Source of the DNA: a virus
Lineage: Duplodnaviria > Caudoviricetes
IMG/VR virus record: IMGVR_UViG_3300031259_000021
Span: 1-51,481 of that record
DNA: 51,481 nt
Reading direction: 5' to 3' (one strand)
A program made the translations under genes and the position numbers. Positions 7,778 to 17,008 of the stretch are shown here, one piece after another. The notes under the pieces are model-generated. The model was not told the origin of the DNA. It did no database searches and saw only the letters and a list, made by a program, of their open reading frames with translations. Position 1 is the first letter of the stretch; each line of letters opens with the position of its first letter.

Positions 7778-8481
7778 CCGCCAAGGGCTACCTCATCGCC
7801 GCCGTCCTGCTGCTCGCGGGCGGCGCCGGCCTGGGCTGGATGGCCCGCGGCTGGGGTAGCAAGAGCCAGCCCGCCGACCTGGCCCAGGCGGCCCAGCAGG
7901 ACCAGACCGGGGCGAATGCCTACGACGCGGGGGTGCAGCATGGCCAGGAAGCGAAGACCACGGCCCCGGCGGTCGCGAAGGACGAAGTTGCAGTTGCTGA
8001 CAAGGGCGCAAAGCTGGCCCAACTGCAGGCTGAGGTCGCATACCTTCGGAAACTGCAGCCCGGTGCTGTTCGCCCTTCCGGCGCTCCCGGTGCCCCGGCT
8101 GCTGGTGCTCTGCCGCTGCCTGTGGGAACGACTCTGGATGCGGCCAAGGACGAGCTGATCGATGCCGAGGACGCCGACCGCGGGGCCCTGAACCAGGACC
8201 TGGCCGACACCAAGACCCAGCTCGGCCAGACCCAGGCGGCGGCCGCCTCGTTCCAGCTGTCCGCCGACAGCTACAGGGCCGAGACCGTCACCCTGCGCAG
8301 CGCCATCGTCCCGGCCCGGCCCACGGCAGCCGGCATCATCTACGGCACCAGCCAGACCATCGGCGCATTCATCGAACGGGACTTCGGACCCATCCGCGCC
8401 GGCGTGGACGTGGTCCGCCGTGTGCTGCCCGCCGGCCCCGCAACCGTCGACGCCACCGCCCGCGTGGGCTGGTGCTTCTGA
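7774..8481 (+). CDS. Spanin-like protein (N-terminal TM, coiled coils, C-terminal beta region)
   Basis: KGYLIAAVLLLAGGAGLGW TM; Ala/Gln heptads; ends RVGWCF; lies in the lysis cluster. Confidence 0.55.
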   Translation: MTAKGYLIAAVLLLAGGAGLGWMARGWGSKSQPADLAQAAQQDQTGANAYDAGVQHGQEAKTTAPAVAKDEVAVADKGAKLAQLQAEVAYLRKLQPGAVRPSGAPGAPAAGALPLPVGTTLDAAKDELIDAEDADRGALNQDLADTKTQLGQTQAAAASFQLSADSYRAETVTLRSAIVPARPTAAGIIYGTSQTIGAFIERDFGPIRAGVDVVRRVLPAGPATVDATARVGWCF

Positions 8482-8491
8482 GGATACATCC

Positions 8492-8926
8492 ATGCCCGAG
8501 ATCATCACCTCCCACCTGACCCACATCTACTGGGCCCTCTTCTGCCTCCTGGTGGCCGTGCTGGTCCACTTCTGGCCAACCATCAAGACCTGGTGGGCCG
8601 CCCGAGCTGCTGCCGCTGCCGCCGAAGAGAAGCGCATCAAGGCGGCGCTGGAGCTGGCGGCCGGGGACGTGGAATCTGTCTACAGCCGCATCAAGGGCGA
8701 CCTGCAGGCCTACGTTGCCGGGACCGAGGCCAAGATCAAGGCGCTCGAGGCCAAGATCGATGCCCAGGTGAAGGCCGACGAGGCGAAGGTGCAAACTGCT
8801 GCCGCTCCTCTGGCCCAGGCGCCTGCATCCGGGCCTACGCCAGCATCCGACCCGGGTCCTGATCCCATCGCCAGCCCCGAAGCCGCGCAGGTCCATGGCT
8901 GGGCTCCTCCCGTGGCCCAGGCATAA
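8492..8926 (+). CDS. TM + coiled-coil protein (lysis region)
   Basis: IYWALFCLLVAVLVHFW TM, coiled coil, Pro/Ala tail. Confidence 0.6.
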   Translation: MPEIITSHLTHIYWALFCLLVAVLVHFWPTIKTWWAARAAAAAAEEKRIKAALELAAGDVESVYSRIKGDLQAYVAGTEAKIKALEAKIDAQVKADEAKVQTAAAPLAQAPASGPTPASDPGPDPIASPEAAQVHGWAPPVAQA

Positions 8927-8928
8927 GG

Positions 8929-9273
8929 ATGTCGCCCATCGCTTTCGCCCTCTCAATTCTGACCCTGGCCGTCACGTCGGTTCTGATCATCTGGCAAACC
9001 CTGCGGGCTGACCGGCGGGAGCGGAAGCGAGAGCGGGAGCAGTCCGAGCTGGACCGCGAGAAAGAGCAGAAGAGACAGCTCCAGCAGATGGAGCAAATGA
9101 TTCAGACCATGGTGGTGGAGAAGATCGAGGCCGCTTTCAGCGAGATCGAAAAGCTTCAGCACTCCATGGGCGATGTCAAGGAATCCCACGCCCACATGAA
9201 GGGTTTCCTCCAGGGCCGCGGGATCCTCGTCCCCGATCTGGCTGCTGACGACTTGAAGGGGACCCGGGCTTGA
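8929..9273 (+). CDS. TM + coiled-coil protein (holin/antiholin-like candidate)
   Basis: N-terminal TM followed by a highly charged helix. Confidence 0.55.
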   Translation: MSPIAFALSILTLAVTSVLIIWQTLRADRRERKREREQSELDREKEQKRQLQQMEQMIQTMVVEKIEAAFSEIEKLQHSMGDVKESHAHMKGFLQGRGILVPDLAADDLKGTRA

Positions 9274-10715
9274 CCATTGACGCCGGCTTCCTCGCGCGAA
9301 TGAAGGCCATGCAGGTCGACCGACCGGCGGCGCCCTGGCGCCTGCCTGACCTGCCGCCCGGCGTGGTCCCTGAGAAGGCGCGGCTGGCCATGGACGCCAC
9401 CGCGGAACCGATGTTTGCCTACCTCAACCGGGCCTTCGCCGGCCTGGGGTTCCTAGGCTATCCGTTCCTCGGGGAGCTGATGCAGCGGGCGGAATACCGG
9501 AACGTCTTCCAGCGCGTGTCCTTCGAGATGACGCGCAAATGGATCCAGCTGAAGAGCGCCAGCAGCCAGAGCAAGACCGAGGAAATGAAGATCATCGAGC
9601 AGCGCCTGAAGGAATTCAAGGTCCGGAGCTGGTTCCGCCTGGCAGCCAACCACGACGGGGCCTTCGGCCGCGGGCAGCTCTACATCAAGATGAAGGGCGC
9701 CCGGGCCACAAAACGCGAGCTGGCCTCGCCCCTGCTGGAGAGCCGATACAAGATCCCCCTCCACAGCTTCCAGGGCCTCAAGATCGTTGAGCCCATCGTC
9801 ACGTTCCCATTCGAATACAACAGCTCGGACCCGCTGGCGGATAGCTACTACGCGCCGCGGTCCTGGTACGTGATGGGCCAGCAGGTCCATGACAGCCGGA
9901 TGCTGACCTTCATTTCCCAGCCGCTTCCGGACCTGCTGAAGCCGGCCTACAACTTCGGTGGCATGTCCATGTCGCAGCTGTGCATGGAGACCATCGAGAA
10001 CTGGCTCAGCACCAGGCAGAACGTCAACCGGATGATCCAGGGCTACAGCACCAGCGGCATCCGCACGAAGATGGGCGACGCGCTCACCGGCGGCGACGGC
10101 GAAGACCTGATGAACCGGGCCGACCTGTTCGTCGCCGGCCGGGACAACCTGGGCTGCCTCATCCTGGACAAGGATACCGAGGAGTTCTTCCAGTACAACG
10201 CGCCGATCAGCGGCCTCGACAAGCTCCAGGCCCAGTCGCTGGAGCACATCTCGGCTGTCTCCCAGCTGCCGCTGATCATCCTCACCGGCATCTCCCCCTC
10301 CGGGCTGAACGCCAGCAGCGAGGGCGAGATTCGGGTGTTCTACGACCTGATCCACGACCGCCAGGAGAGCATCTTCCGCGAGCCGCTGGAGAAGATCATC
10401 CGCATTATCCAGCTCTCCGAATTCGGCTGCATCGACCCCGACGTCACCTTCGACTTCGAGCCGCTCTGGCAGGCCGACGTGGAGAAGCTCGCCCGGATGC
10501 GCAAGAGCGACGCGGATGCCGGTGTGGAACTGATCGCCGCCGGGGTCATCTCCGCGAAGGAGCACCGCGAGAAGATGGCCAAGGATCCGGATTCCGGCTA
10601 TGAGGGCCTGGATGTGGACGCCGAGCTTCCCGAGCCCGATCCCAACCTGGTCATGGGCAAGGATCCCCTCCTCGCCAAGACCGAGGGCCTTGAGAAGCCC
10701 ATGGGTGCCGTATGA
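9270..10715 (+). CDS. Portal protein (DUF1073/HI1409-like)
   Basis: EMTRKWI, LTGISPSGLNASSEGEI..FYD and F.FEPLWQ motifs; first gene of the head module. Confidence 0.88.
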   Translation: MTIDAGFLARMKAMQVDRPAAPWRLPDLPPGVVPEKARLAMDATAEPMFAYLNRAFAGLGFLGYPFLGELMQRAEYRNVFQRVSFEMTRKWIQLKSASSQSKTEEMKIIEQRLKEFKVRSWFRLAANHDGAFGRGQLYIKMKGARATKRELASPLLESRYKIPLHSFQGLKIVEPIVTFPFEYNSSDPLADSYYAPRSWYVMGQQVHDSRMLTFISQPLPDLLKPAYNFGGMSMSQLCMETIENWLSTRQNVNRMIQGYSTSGIRTKMGDALTGGDGEDLMNRADLFVAGRDNLGCLILDKDTEEFFQYNAPISGLDKLQAQSLEHISAVSQLPLIILTGISPSGLNASSEGEIRVFYDLIHDRQESIFREPLEKIIRIIQLSEFGCIDPDVTFDFEPLWQADVEKLARMRKSDADAGVELIAAGVISAKEHREKMAKDPDSGYEGLDVDAELPEPDPNLVMGKDPLLAKTEGLEKPMGAV

Positions 10716-11551
10716 AGCTGCGCGCCCCGGGCCCGAAGCCCATCCGCGTCGCTGCCGTCCGCCCCAACGAGGGCGTGAAGGCCGACTACCGCAAGCGCCT
10801 GCTGGCCCTGATCGACGCCATGCACAAGGACGTGCTGCGCGCCGTCACCCGGTCCTACAAGGCGAACCCGCCCCATGCGCTCCTGGCCAAGGATGCCAGC
10901 CCCGCGGCCGCCGAGCGCGCGGTCATGAAGGCCCTGCACCGGAAGTGGGGCAAGACCTTCGCCGATGCCGCCGACAAGATCGCCGCCCACTTCGCCGACG
11001 AGGTGCTGAAGCACAACGACTTCGCCCTGAAGCGCACCCTGCGCGACGCGGGCTTCAGCGTCAAGTTCCAGACGACCCGGCCCATGAACGACGCCTTCCA
11101 GTCCGTCCGGCACGCGAACGTTCAGCTCATCAAGTCGATTCCCCAGCAGCACCTGAACGACGTCGAGGGCATGGTCCAGCGGTCCGTCCAGCACGGCCAC
11201 GACATGGGCCAGCTGTCCAAGGACCTCCAGGCCCGCTACGAGGTCACCAAGCGCCGCGCAGCCCTGATCGCCCGGGACCAGAACAACAAGGCCACGGCCA
11301 TCATGAACAAAGTGCGCAAGCTTGACCTGGGCATCAAGCGGTCTCGCTGGATCCACACCGCGGCCAGCAAGCACCCCCGGGACTCCCACGAGGACATGAA
11401 CGCCACCCTGTTCGACACGGCAGAGGGCTGCTACGACAAGGAATACGGCGACTTCGTGCAGCCCGGCCAGCTGATCAACTGCGGCTGCATCGCCGAGGGG
11501 ATCATCCCGGGCATGGACGATGACCAGGAGGGCGACGATGAAGCCGCTTGA
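10712..11551 (+). CDS. Minor head protein (Mu gpF/SPP1 gp7-like)
   Basis: RAALIARDQNNK, W.H..PR.SH and PGQLINCGC motifs. Confidence 0.88.
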   Translation: MKLRAPGPKPIRVAAVRPNEGVKADYRKRLLALIDAMHKDVLRAVTRSYKANPPHALLAKDASPAAAERAVMKALHRKWGKTFADAADKIAAHFADEVLKHNDFALKRTLRDAGFSVKFQTTRPMNDAFQSVRHANVQLIKSIPQQHLNDVEGMVQRSVQHGHDMGQLSKDLQARYEVTKRRAALIARDQNNKATAIMNKVRKLDLGIKRSRWIHTAASKHPRDSHEDMNATLFDTAEGCYDKEYGDFVQPGQLINCGCIAEGIIPGMDDDQEGDDEAA

Positions 11552-12989
11552 GCGCATCATTCTGGCCCTGGACAAGTCCATGCGGCGCATCGATGAGAAC
11601 GGCTTCCTCCACGTGGCCGTTTCGAACATCAGCAAAGCCATGGTCTGCCCATACAACGGCAGCGAGATCGCGGACATTGCCCAGGAAGCCGGCGTGGTCG
11701 TGGACCCGAACAAGGTCTACTTCCTGTTGCGCGATCCCGAGGAACTGGCCGCGGGCGCCGGCACCTTCAACGGGATCCCCATCACCTACGTCCACGAGCC
11801 ACTGAGCTCCGAGGACCTGGCCACCGATCCGGAGAAAAAGGAAATCGTGGTCGGCGCCACCGGCACCGATGCCATTTTCGTCAAGCCCTACCTGCAGAAC
11901 AGCCTCGTCGTATGGGACGCCGCGGCCATCCAGCGAATCCAGACCCGGGAGCAGGTCGAACTGTCCTGCGCCTACCGCTGGGTGCTCGACATGACCCCGG
12001 GGACCTACGAAGGAGTCGCCTATGACGGCGTGATGCGCAAGCTGCGCGGAAACCATGTGGCGCTGGTGGACGAGGGCCGGGCTGGTCCCGACGTGCTCGT
12101 CGCCGATGCCAAACCCAAAACCCACAAGGAGCAATCCACCATGAAGAAAAAGCTCTCCCCCAGGGCGGTCGCCGTGCGAGGTGCCCTTCTGGGCCGTATC
12201 CCGCTCAGCCTTGCCGCCGACCAGGCGCTGAAGATCTCGGATCTCACCCCGCTGGTCGCCACCCTCACCGCGAAGAACTTCAAGGCGTCGAAGGCCAAGC
12301 TGGCCGAGGACATCAAAAAGACCTTCGCCCCCCGCCTGGCCCAGGATGCGGACCTCGACGACATCCTGTCCCTCCTGGACAACCTGGAAGACGGCGCCGA
12401 GGAGGAAGGCGTCGAAGATGCCGCCAAGCCCCCGGCTCCGCCCGCCCCGATCGCCAAGGACGACGACATGACCGGCGACGGCAACGAGGCCGGCCAGGAA
12501 CTGCTCGCCCTCCTGCAGGCCCAGAACCTCCCTGACGAGGTGATGGCCCAGGCGGCCGCCCTGCTCGACAAGATCAGCCCCGCCGCCCCTGCGGTCGATG
12601 GCCTTCCCCCCAAGAAAGGAGCCGCAGTGCCCAACCCCAACGACACCAAGGCGCTCACCGTCGGCAAGCCGGCCATGGACGCCGCCATCCAGGTCGCCGC
12701 CGACGAGACCATCGCCCGCATGCAGGCCGTGCGCGAGGCCGAGGACGCGGTGGAACCCATCATCGGCCGTGTTCGCGGCCAGAACACCGCCGAGGGCGTT
12801 TACAAGCTGGCGCTGGATCACATGAAGGTCGATCTCACCGGCCTTCCCCCCGTCGCCTACGGCCCCCTCTTCCAGCGCCTCGCCCAGAACATGAGCGATG
12901 AGCCCGTCGACGCCGGCTTCGTGGCCCAGGACTCCAAAGCCCTGGACGCCTACGCCAAGCGTTTCAACCCTGACCGGATCCGGAGGTAA
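11538..12989 (+). CDS. DUF2213 prohead protease/scaffold
   Basis: R.IDENGFL, LRDPEEL, ELSCAY, NHVALVDEGRAG motifs; acidic scaffold-like C-terminus. Confidence 0.85.
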   Translation: MKPLERIILALDKSMRRIDENGFLHVAVSNISKAMVCPYNGSEIADIAQEAGVVVDPNKVYFLLRDPEELAAGAGTFNGIPITYVHEPLSSEDLATDPEKKEIVVGATGTDAIFVKPYLQNSLVVWDAAAIQRIQTREQVELSCAYRWVLDMTPGTYEGVAYDGVMRKLRGNHVALVDEGRAGPDVLVADAKPKTHKEQSTMKKKLSPRAVAVRGALLGRIPLSLAADQALKISDLTPLVATLTAKNFKASKAKLAEDIKKTFAPRLAQDADLDDILSLLDNLEDGAEEEGVEDAAKPPAPPAPIAKDDDMTGDGNEAGQELLALLQAQNLPDEVMAQAAALLDKISPAAPAVDGLPPKKGAAVPNPNDTKALTVGKPAMDAAIQVAADETIARMQAVREAEDAVEPIIGRVRGQNTAEGVYKLALDHMKVDLTGLPPVAYGPLFQRLAQNMSDEPVDAGFVAQDSKALDAYAKRFNPDRIRR

Positions 12990-12992
12990 GCC

Positions 12993-14177
12993 ATGGGTTT
13001 ACAGACTTCCGTCAATACCTATTCCCCCATCGGCACCGAAGGTGCCAAGGCTTCCAGCAACCCCATCGCCGCGGTCATCGCCGCCAATGGTGCCCTGGTC
13101 GCGGATCCGGTGAACGGCCTGAACGTCGGCCGGTTCGCCTGGGTCAGCGCCCTCGCCACCATCCTGACCAACTACGCCCCCGGTGGGATTCCGACCGTCC
13201 CTGACGGCTTCATCATGCTGGAGATGCAGGCGAACAACGCCAACCTGCTGGCGCCGAACGGGATCAACATCCAGCCCGGCACCCAGGTCGCCGCATACAA
13301 CCGGGGCGATTTCTGCGCCCGCTGCGGCTTCGCCAATGCGGTGCGCGGGAACAAGGTGTTCGCCAACCTGTTCAGCGGCGCCGTGATCCCGGGCGTCGCC
13401 GGGAGCTTCCCGACCTACCCGGGCGGCGCTTCCACCACCCTTACCGGCTGGATCTCCGCGGCCAGCCCGGCCGTCCTGACCGTCACCGCGGTCACCGGCA
13501 CCCCGCTTGGCGTCGGCGCGCTGATCACCGGCCCCGGCGTCCCGATCAACACCCGTATCGCCAGCTTCGGCACCGGCACCGGCGGCACCGGCACCTACAA
13601 CCTGTCCACCCCGAACGTCGTGCCGAGCTTCACCGCGCAGGCTTCGCTCTCCACCACGGTCATGACGGTGGTCAGCGCGAACGGCCCCATCCTGGTCGGC
13701 CAGAGCGTCACCGGAACCGGCATTCCCACCGGCACCACTATCTCCTCCTTCGGGACCGGGACTGGCGGCGCGGGCACCTACAACCTCTCGGCCTCCTGCA
13801 CCACCGAGACCACCGAGACCGTCACCATCGGCGGCGTGGTTTCCACGACCCTGACCGTCACCCCGGCCGACGGCATCGGCGGCGCGGTCTGCACCGGCAC
13901 CACCGCCACCAACGTCCTGACTGTCACGGCGATGACCAGCGGCGTCCTGGTCCCTGGCCAGCTGCTCACCGACTCCACCGCCGGCCTCGCTCCAGGGACC
14001 TACATCGTCAACCAGCTCAGCGGCACCGTTGGCGGGATCGGCACCTACACCCTCTCCACCACCCCCGGAACCCTCGGCAGCGGAACCATCAGTGCTTCCG
14101 CCTGGATCGAGACGCCTTATTTCTTCCAGACCCCGGCCAACGTGGGTGAGCTGGCCATCATCGGCACGAGGAATTAA
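12993..14177 (+). CDS. Head decoration/cement protein with three inserted beta-modules
   Basis: Between protease and MCP; GLNVGRFAW..GDF..KVFA..IET pattern; three internal GTYxLS repeats. Confidence 0.75.
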   Translation: MGLQTSVNTYSPIGTEGAKASSNPIAAVIAANGALVADPVNGLNVGRFAWVSALATILTNYAPGGIPTVPDGFIMLEMQANNANLLAPNGINIQPGTQVAAYNRGDFCARCGFANAVRGNKVFANLFSGAVIPGVAGSFPTYPGGASTTLTGWISAASPAVLTVTAVTGTPLGVGALITGPGVPINTRIASFGTGTGGTGTYNLSTPNVVPSFTAQASLSTTVMTVVSANGPILVGQSVTGTGIPTGTTISSFGTGTGGAGTYNLSASCTTETTETVTIGGVVSTTLTVTPADGIGGAVCTGTTATNVLTVTAMTSGVLVPGQLLTDSTAGLAPGTYIVNQLSGTVGGIGTYTLSTTPGTLGSGTISASAWIETPYFFQTPANVGELAIIGTRN

Positions 14178-14179
14178 CC

Positions 14180-15298
14180 ATGAGCTTCCGACCCATCCGT
14201 TTCAACCCCAACCGCGACATGCTGTTTGACCGGCTGCAGGAGGACTTCGGCATCGTCCTGCCGGATGCCATCGCCGAGCAGCGCCCCGAGTGGGGCCGGC
14301 GCCTGGACGTCGCCATGGACGCCGCCCGGCGCGAATTCGGCATCGACGTGCGCGGCCGGTTCGGCTTTGACGCCGCCCAGCCCCTGGCCATCACCTCCAG
14401 CAACGCCGGCATCCCCCAGTTCCTCACGACGGTCATCGACCCCAAGATGATCGAGGTCTACACGGCCCCGCTGAACGCCACCAAGATCGCCCGGGAAGAG
14501 CTCAAGGGCGACTGGACGAAGATGATCTGGGAATTCCCGGTCGTGGAGTCCACCGGCAACGTCGTTTCCTATGACGACTACAGCACCGGCGGCGAGGCCA
14601 ACTTCCAGGTCAACTGGGTTCCCCGGCAGGCCTACCTCTACCAGACCCAGACCGAATGGGGCGAGCTGGAGCTTGAGCGCGCCGCCCTGGCCAAGATCGA
14701 CGCGGCCAACCGGAAGAACCTGGCCTCCGCGAAGGTCATGGCTGAATTCCAGAACAACATGTATTTCCTCGGGTTCTCCGGCATCCAGAACTACGGGCTG
14801 CTCAACGACCCGAACCTGCCGGCCGCCGTCGCTCCCCTGGCTGAGTCGGTCGGCTCCAGCATCGTCTATTCCTGGAGCGCCAAGGACGCCCTGGGCGTCT
14901 ACTCCGACATCCAGTATCTGGTGCAGCTGCTGATCCAGGCCACCGCCGGCATGGTGACGATGGAAAGCAAGATGAAGCTGGCCATGAGCCCGGCGGCCCA
15001 GGTCAACCTCACCAAGACCACCCAGTACAACGTGTCGGTCATCGACATGGTCAAGAAGAACTATCCCGGGCTGGAGGTGGTGACCGCCGTGCAGTACGCG
15101 ACCGCCTCCGGGAACCTGGTCCAGCTCATCGCCGACGAACTCAACGGCGAAGATGTGGTGGCCCTCGCCTTCAACCTGAAGCTGCGCGCCCACGCTGTGG
15201 TTCGTGACTCTTCGTCCTTCAAACAGAAAAAGAGCGGCGGCGGCTGGGGTGCCATCTGGTATCAGCCCACCGGCGTTCAGCAGATGCTCGGAGTTTAA
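14180..15298 (+). CDS. Major capsid protein (DUF2184-type)
   Basis: NAGIPQFLTT.IDP, KGDW, WGELE, YGLLNDPNLP and KQKKSGG.WG motifs. Confidence 0.9.
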   Translation: MSFRPIRFNPNRDMLFDRLQEDFGIVLPDAIAEQRPEWGRRLDVAMDAARREFGIDVRGRFGFDAAQPLAITSSNAGIPQFLTTVIDPKMIEVYTAPLNATKIAREELKGDWTKMIWEFPVVESTGNVVSYDDYSTGGEANFQVNWVPRQAYLYQTQTEWGELELERAALAKIDAANRKNLASAKVMAEFQNNMYFLGFSGIQNYGLLNDPNLPAAVAPLAESVGSSIVYSWSAKDALGVYSDIQYLVQLLIQATAGMVTMESKMKLAMSPAAQVNLTKTTQYNVSVIDMVKKNYPGLEVVTAVQYATASGNLVQLIADELNGEDVVALAFNLKLRAHAVVRDSSSFKQKKSGGGWGAIWYQPTGVQQMLGV

Positions 15299-15301
15299 AC
15301 C

Positions 15302-15697
15302 ATGGCCGAAACCGTCATCGTCTATTGCAAGATCGCAAACGGGTATCACCTCACGGTGAAAGCCGCTGATGGAGTCGACCATACCATCCGCATCAACGGG
15401 CCCGTCAACAAGCAGCCCAGCGACGTCCCCGTCGTCTTCGGCCACGGAGCCACCCGGATCCCCAAGGATTTCTGGGAGCAGTGGGTGAAGGAGCACGAGA
15501 ACCTCGAACCGGTCAAAAAAGAGCACATCTTCTCGGCCGACAAGCCGGCCTCGGGCAAAGACATGGCCCGGGAGCGGAAGAACAACCACACCGGTCTGGA
15601 GGGGCTTGATCCCAAGAAGCCCGGCCACGGCCTGACGCCTGCCGACGAGATGAAGAAGGTGCTCGACAAGCTGCCGTCCCAGGAAGGCCTGGTATAG
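15302..15697 (+). CDS. Post-capsid hypothetical protein
   Basis: V.VYCKI.NG, G.T.IP.DFW..W and TGLE.LD motifs; synteny. Confidence 0.7.
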   Translation: MAETVIVYCKIANGYHLTVKAADGVDHTIRINGPVNKQPSDVPVVFGHGATRIPKDFWEQWVKEHENLEPVKKEHIFSADKPASGKDMARERKNNHTGLEGLDPKKPGHGLTPADEMKKVLDKLPSQEGLV

Positions 15698-15700
15698 CCC

Positions 15701-16129
15701 ATGGGATTCATCGCGTCCTTCGACCCCGTCTACTGGCCCGCACGCTACCCGGAATTCGCGGGCATCACGACGACCACCGCCCCCGGGTATTTCCTGGAGG
15801 CCGGGCTCTACCTGAACAACACCGGGTCCAGCCCGGTCCAGGACGCGCCGACCCAAAGCCTGCTCATGCACATGCTCACCGCCCACATCGCCGAACTCTA
15901 CGATGCCACCAGCCAGCGCGGTTCCCAGGCGCTGGTTGGGCGCATCACCGACGCCAGCGAGGGCACCGTCAAGGTCGCCGCCTCCATGGACGACAGCGAC
16001 CGGGACGCCTGGCTGAACCAGACCAAATACGGTGCGAGCTTCTTGCGCGCCACCCGCAAGTATCGCCGGTTCAGCTACCGGGCCCCGTGCCCGAAGGCGC
16101 CGATCTACTACCCAACGAGCGGGAACTGA
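15701..16129 (+). CDS. Head-tail adaptor (DUF4054-like)
   Basis: YPEF, LTAHIA, VGRITDASEG.V and W..QT.YG..F motifs. Confidence 0.8.
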   Translation: MGFIASFDPVYWPARYPEFAGITTTTAPGYFLEAGLYLNNTGSSPVQDAPTQSLLMHMLTAHIAELYDATSQRGSQALVGRITDASEGTVKVAASMDDSDRDAWLNQTKYGASFLRATRKYRRFSYRAPCPKAPIYYPTSGN

Positions 16130-16130
16130 T

Positions 16131-16643
16131 ATGGAATTCACCGGCGGGGAAGCGTTCAAGGCCAAGCTCCAGGAGATGATGGCGGCGGCGGGGGAGAACA
16201 TCACCCTTCGCATCGGCTTCCTGGAAGGGTCCACCTATCCCGACGGCACCCCCGTCGCCCAGGTGGCCGCCCTGAACGAGTACGGCCATGCCACCCCCGT
16301 GGGCAAGCGCGGCATGGGCCCCGCGGCCCGCACCGTCGCCCGCTCCTTCTTCAGCCAGATGCTCGCCGAGAAGTCGCCGGACTGGTCGCGCCGGCTGGCC
16401 AATCTTCATAAGTTCAACCATGGCGACATGGGCAAGGTCATGAAGTCCCTGGGTGAGTCCATCGCCTTCGATCTCCAGAAGGCCATCGTCGACTTCAACG
16501 ATCCGCCCGACAAGCAGATCACCATCGACCGCAAGGGCTTCAAGGGCGGCGCCGATGCCACCCTGCAGGACACCAAGGTCATGCTCCGCGAAGTGGCCTA
16601 TGAAGTGGACGGGGAGCGATTCCCGGGGCCGGTGCAGTCATGA
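16131..16643 (+). CDS. Neck/tail-completion protein
   Basis: IGFLEG.TYPDGT.VA.VA..NEYG and RKGF..L.DT motifs. Confidence 0.75.
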   Translation: MEFTGGEAFKAKLQEMMAAAGENITLRIGFLEGSTYPDGTPVAQVAALNEYGHATPVGKRGMGPAARTVARSFFSQMLAEKSPDWSRRLANLHKFNHGDMGKVMKSLGESIAFDLQKAIVDFNDPPDKQITIDRKGFKGGADATLQDTKVMLREVAYEVDGERFPGPVQS

Positions 16644-17008
16644 ACCTCCACGGCCTCGCTTCCAGCTGCACTGGCGCCGTCAATCCCGACGTCGAGGCAA
16701 CCATCAAGACCAGCACCGGCAGCACGCCCAATCCCGACGGCACCCTGACCCCCACCTACGCTACCGCCACCGGCCTGGTCAACATCCAGGCCCTCGCCGC
16801 CAAGGACATCCAGCACCTCAACGGCCTCAACTACCAGGGCGTCGAGAAGAAGGCCTACTGCTACGGCGCCGTCAATGGCATCGTGCGGGCTTCCAACAAG
16901 GGCGGCGATCTGCTGACCCTTCTGGACGGCACGATCTGGCTGGTGGGCCCCGTCTTCGAATCCTGGCCCGACTGGTCCGCCGTCGGCCTTACCCAGCAGG
17001 TCTCCTGA
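16640..17008 (+). CDS. Head closure/neck protein
   Basis: MNLHGLA..AVNP, KGGDLL and E.WPDW motifs. Confidence 0.72.
   Translation: MNLHGLASSCTGAVNPDVEATIKTSTGSTPNPDGTLTPTYATATGLVNIQALAAKDIQHLNGLNYQGVEKKAYCYGAVNGIVRASNKGGDLLTLLDGTIWLVGPVFESWPDWSAVGLTQQVS

Larger units (their letters stand above)
2633..7913 (+). repeat. Long direct repeat copy 1 (5,281 bp), matches 46201-51481
   Basis: ORF-track translations identical at offset 43,568; identity begins at GGTGGCCTGATG and runs to the window end; spot checks found no mismatch. Confidence 0.95.

Noticed and set aside
2633-7913. Simple physical terminal repeat of a single virion genome
   Set aside because: Copy 1 is preceded by 2.6 kb of a divergent allele, which pure terminal redundancy cannot explain
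7916-8158. Nested o-spanin (Rz1-like)
   Set aside because: No credible RBS, signal peptide or lipobox; Arg-rich shadow frame
9270-10715. Anti-CBASS Acb1 function, a label sometimes attached to DUF1073 proteins
   Set aside because: Size, motifs and position at the start of the head module indicate a portal; no separate HxT phosphoesterase domain seen
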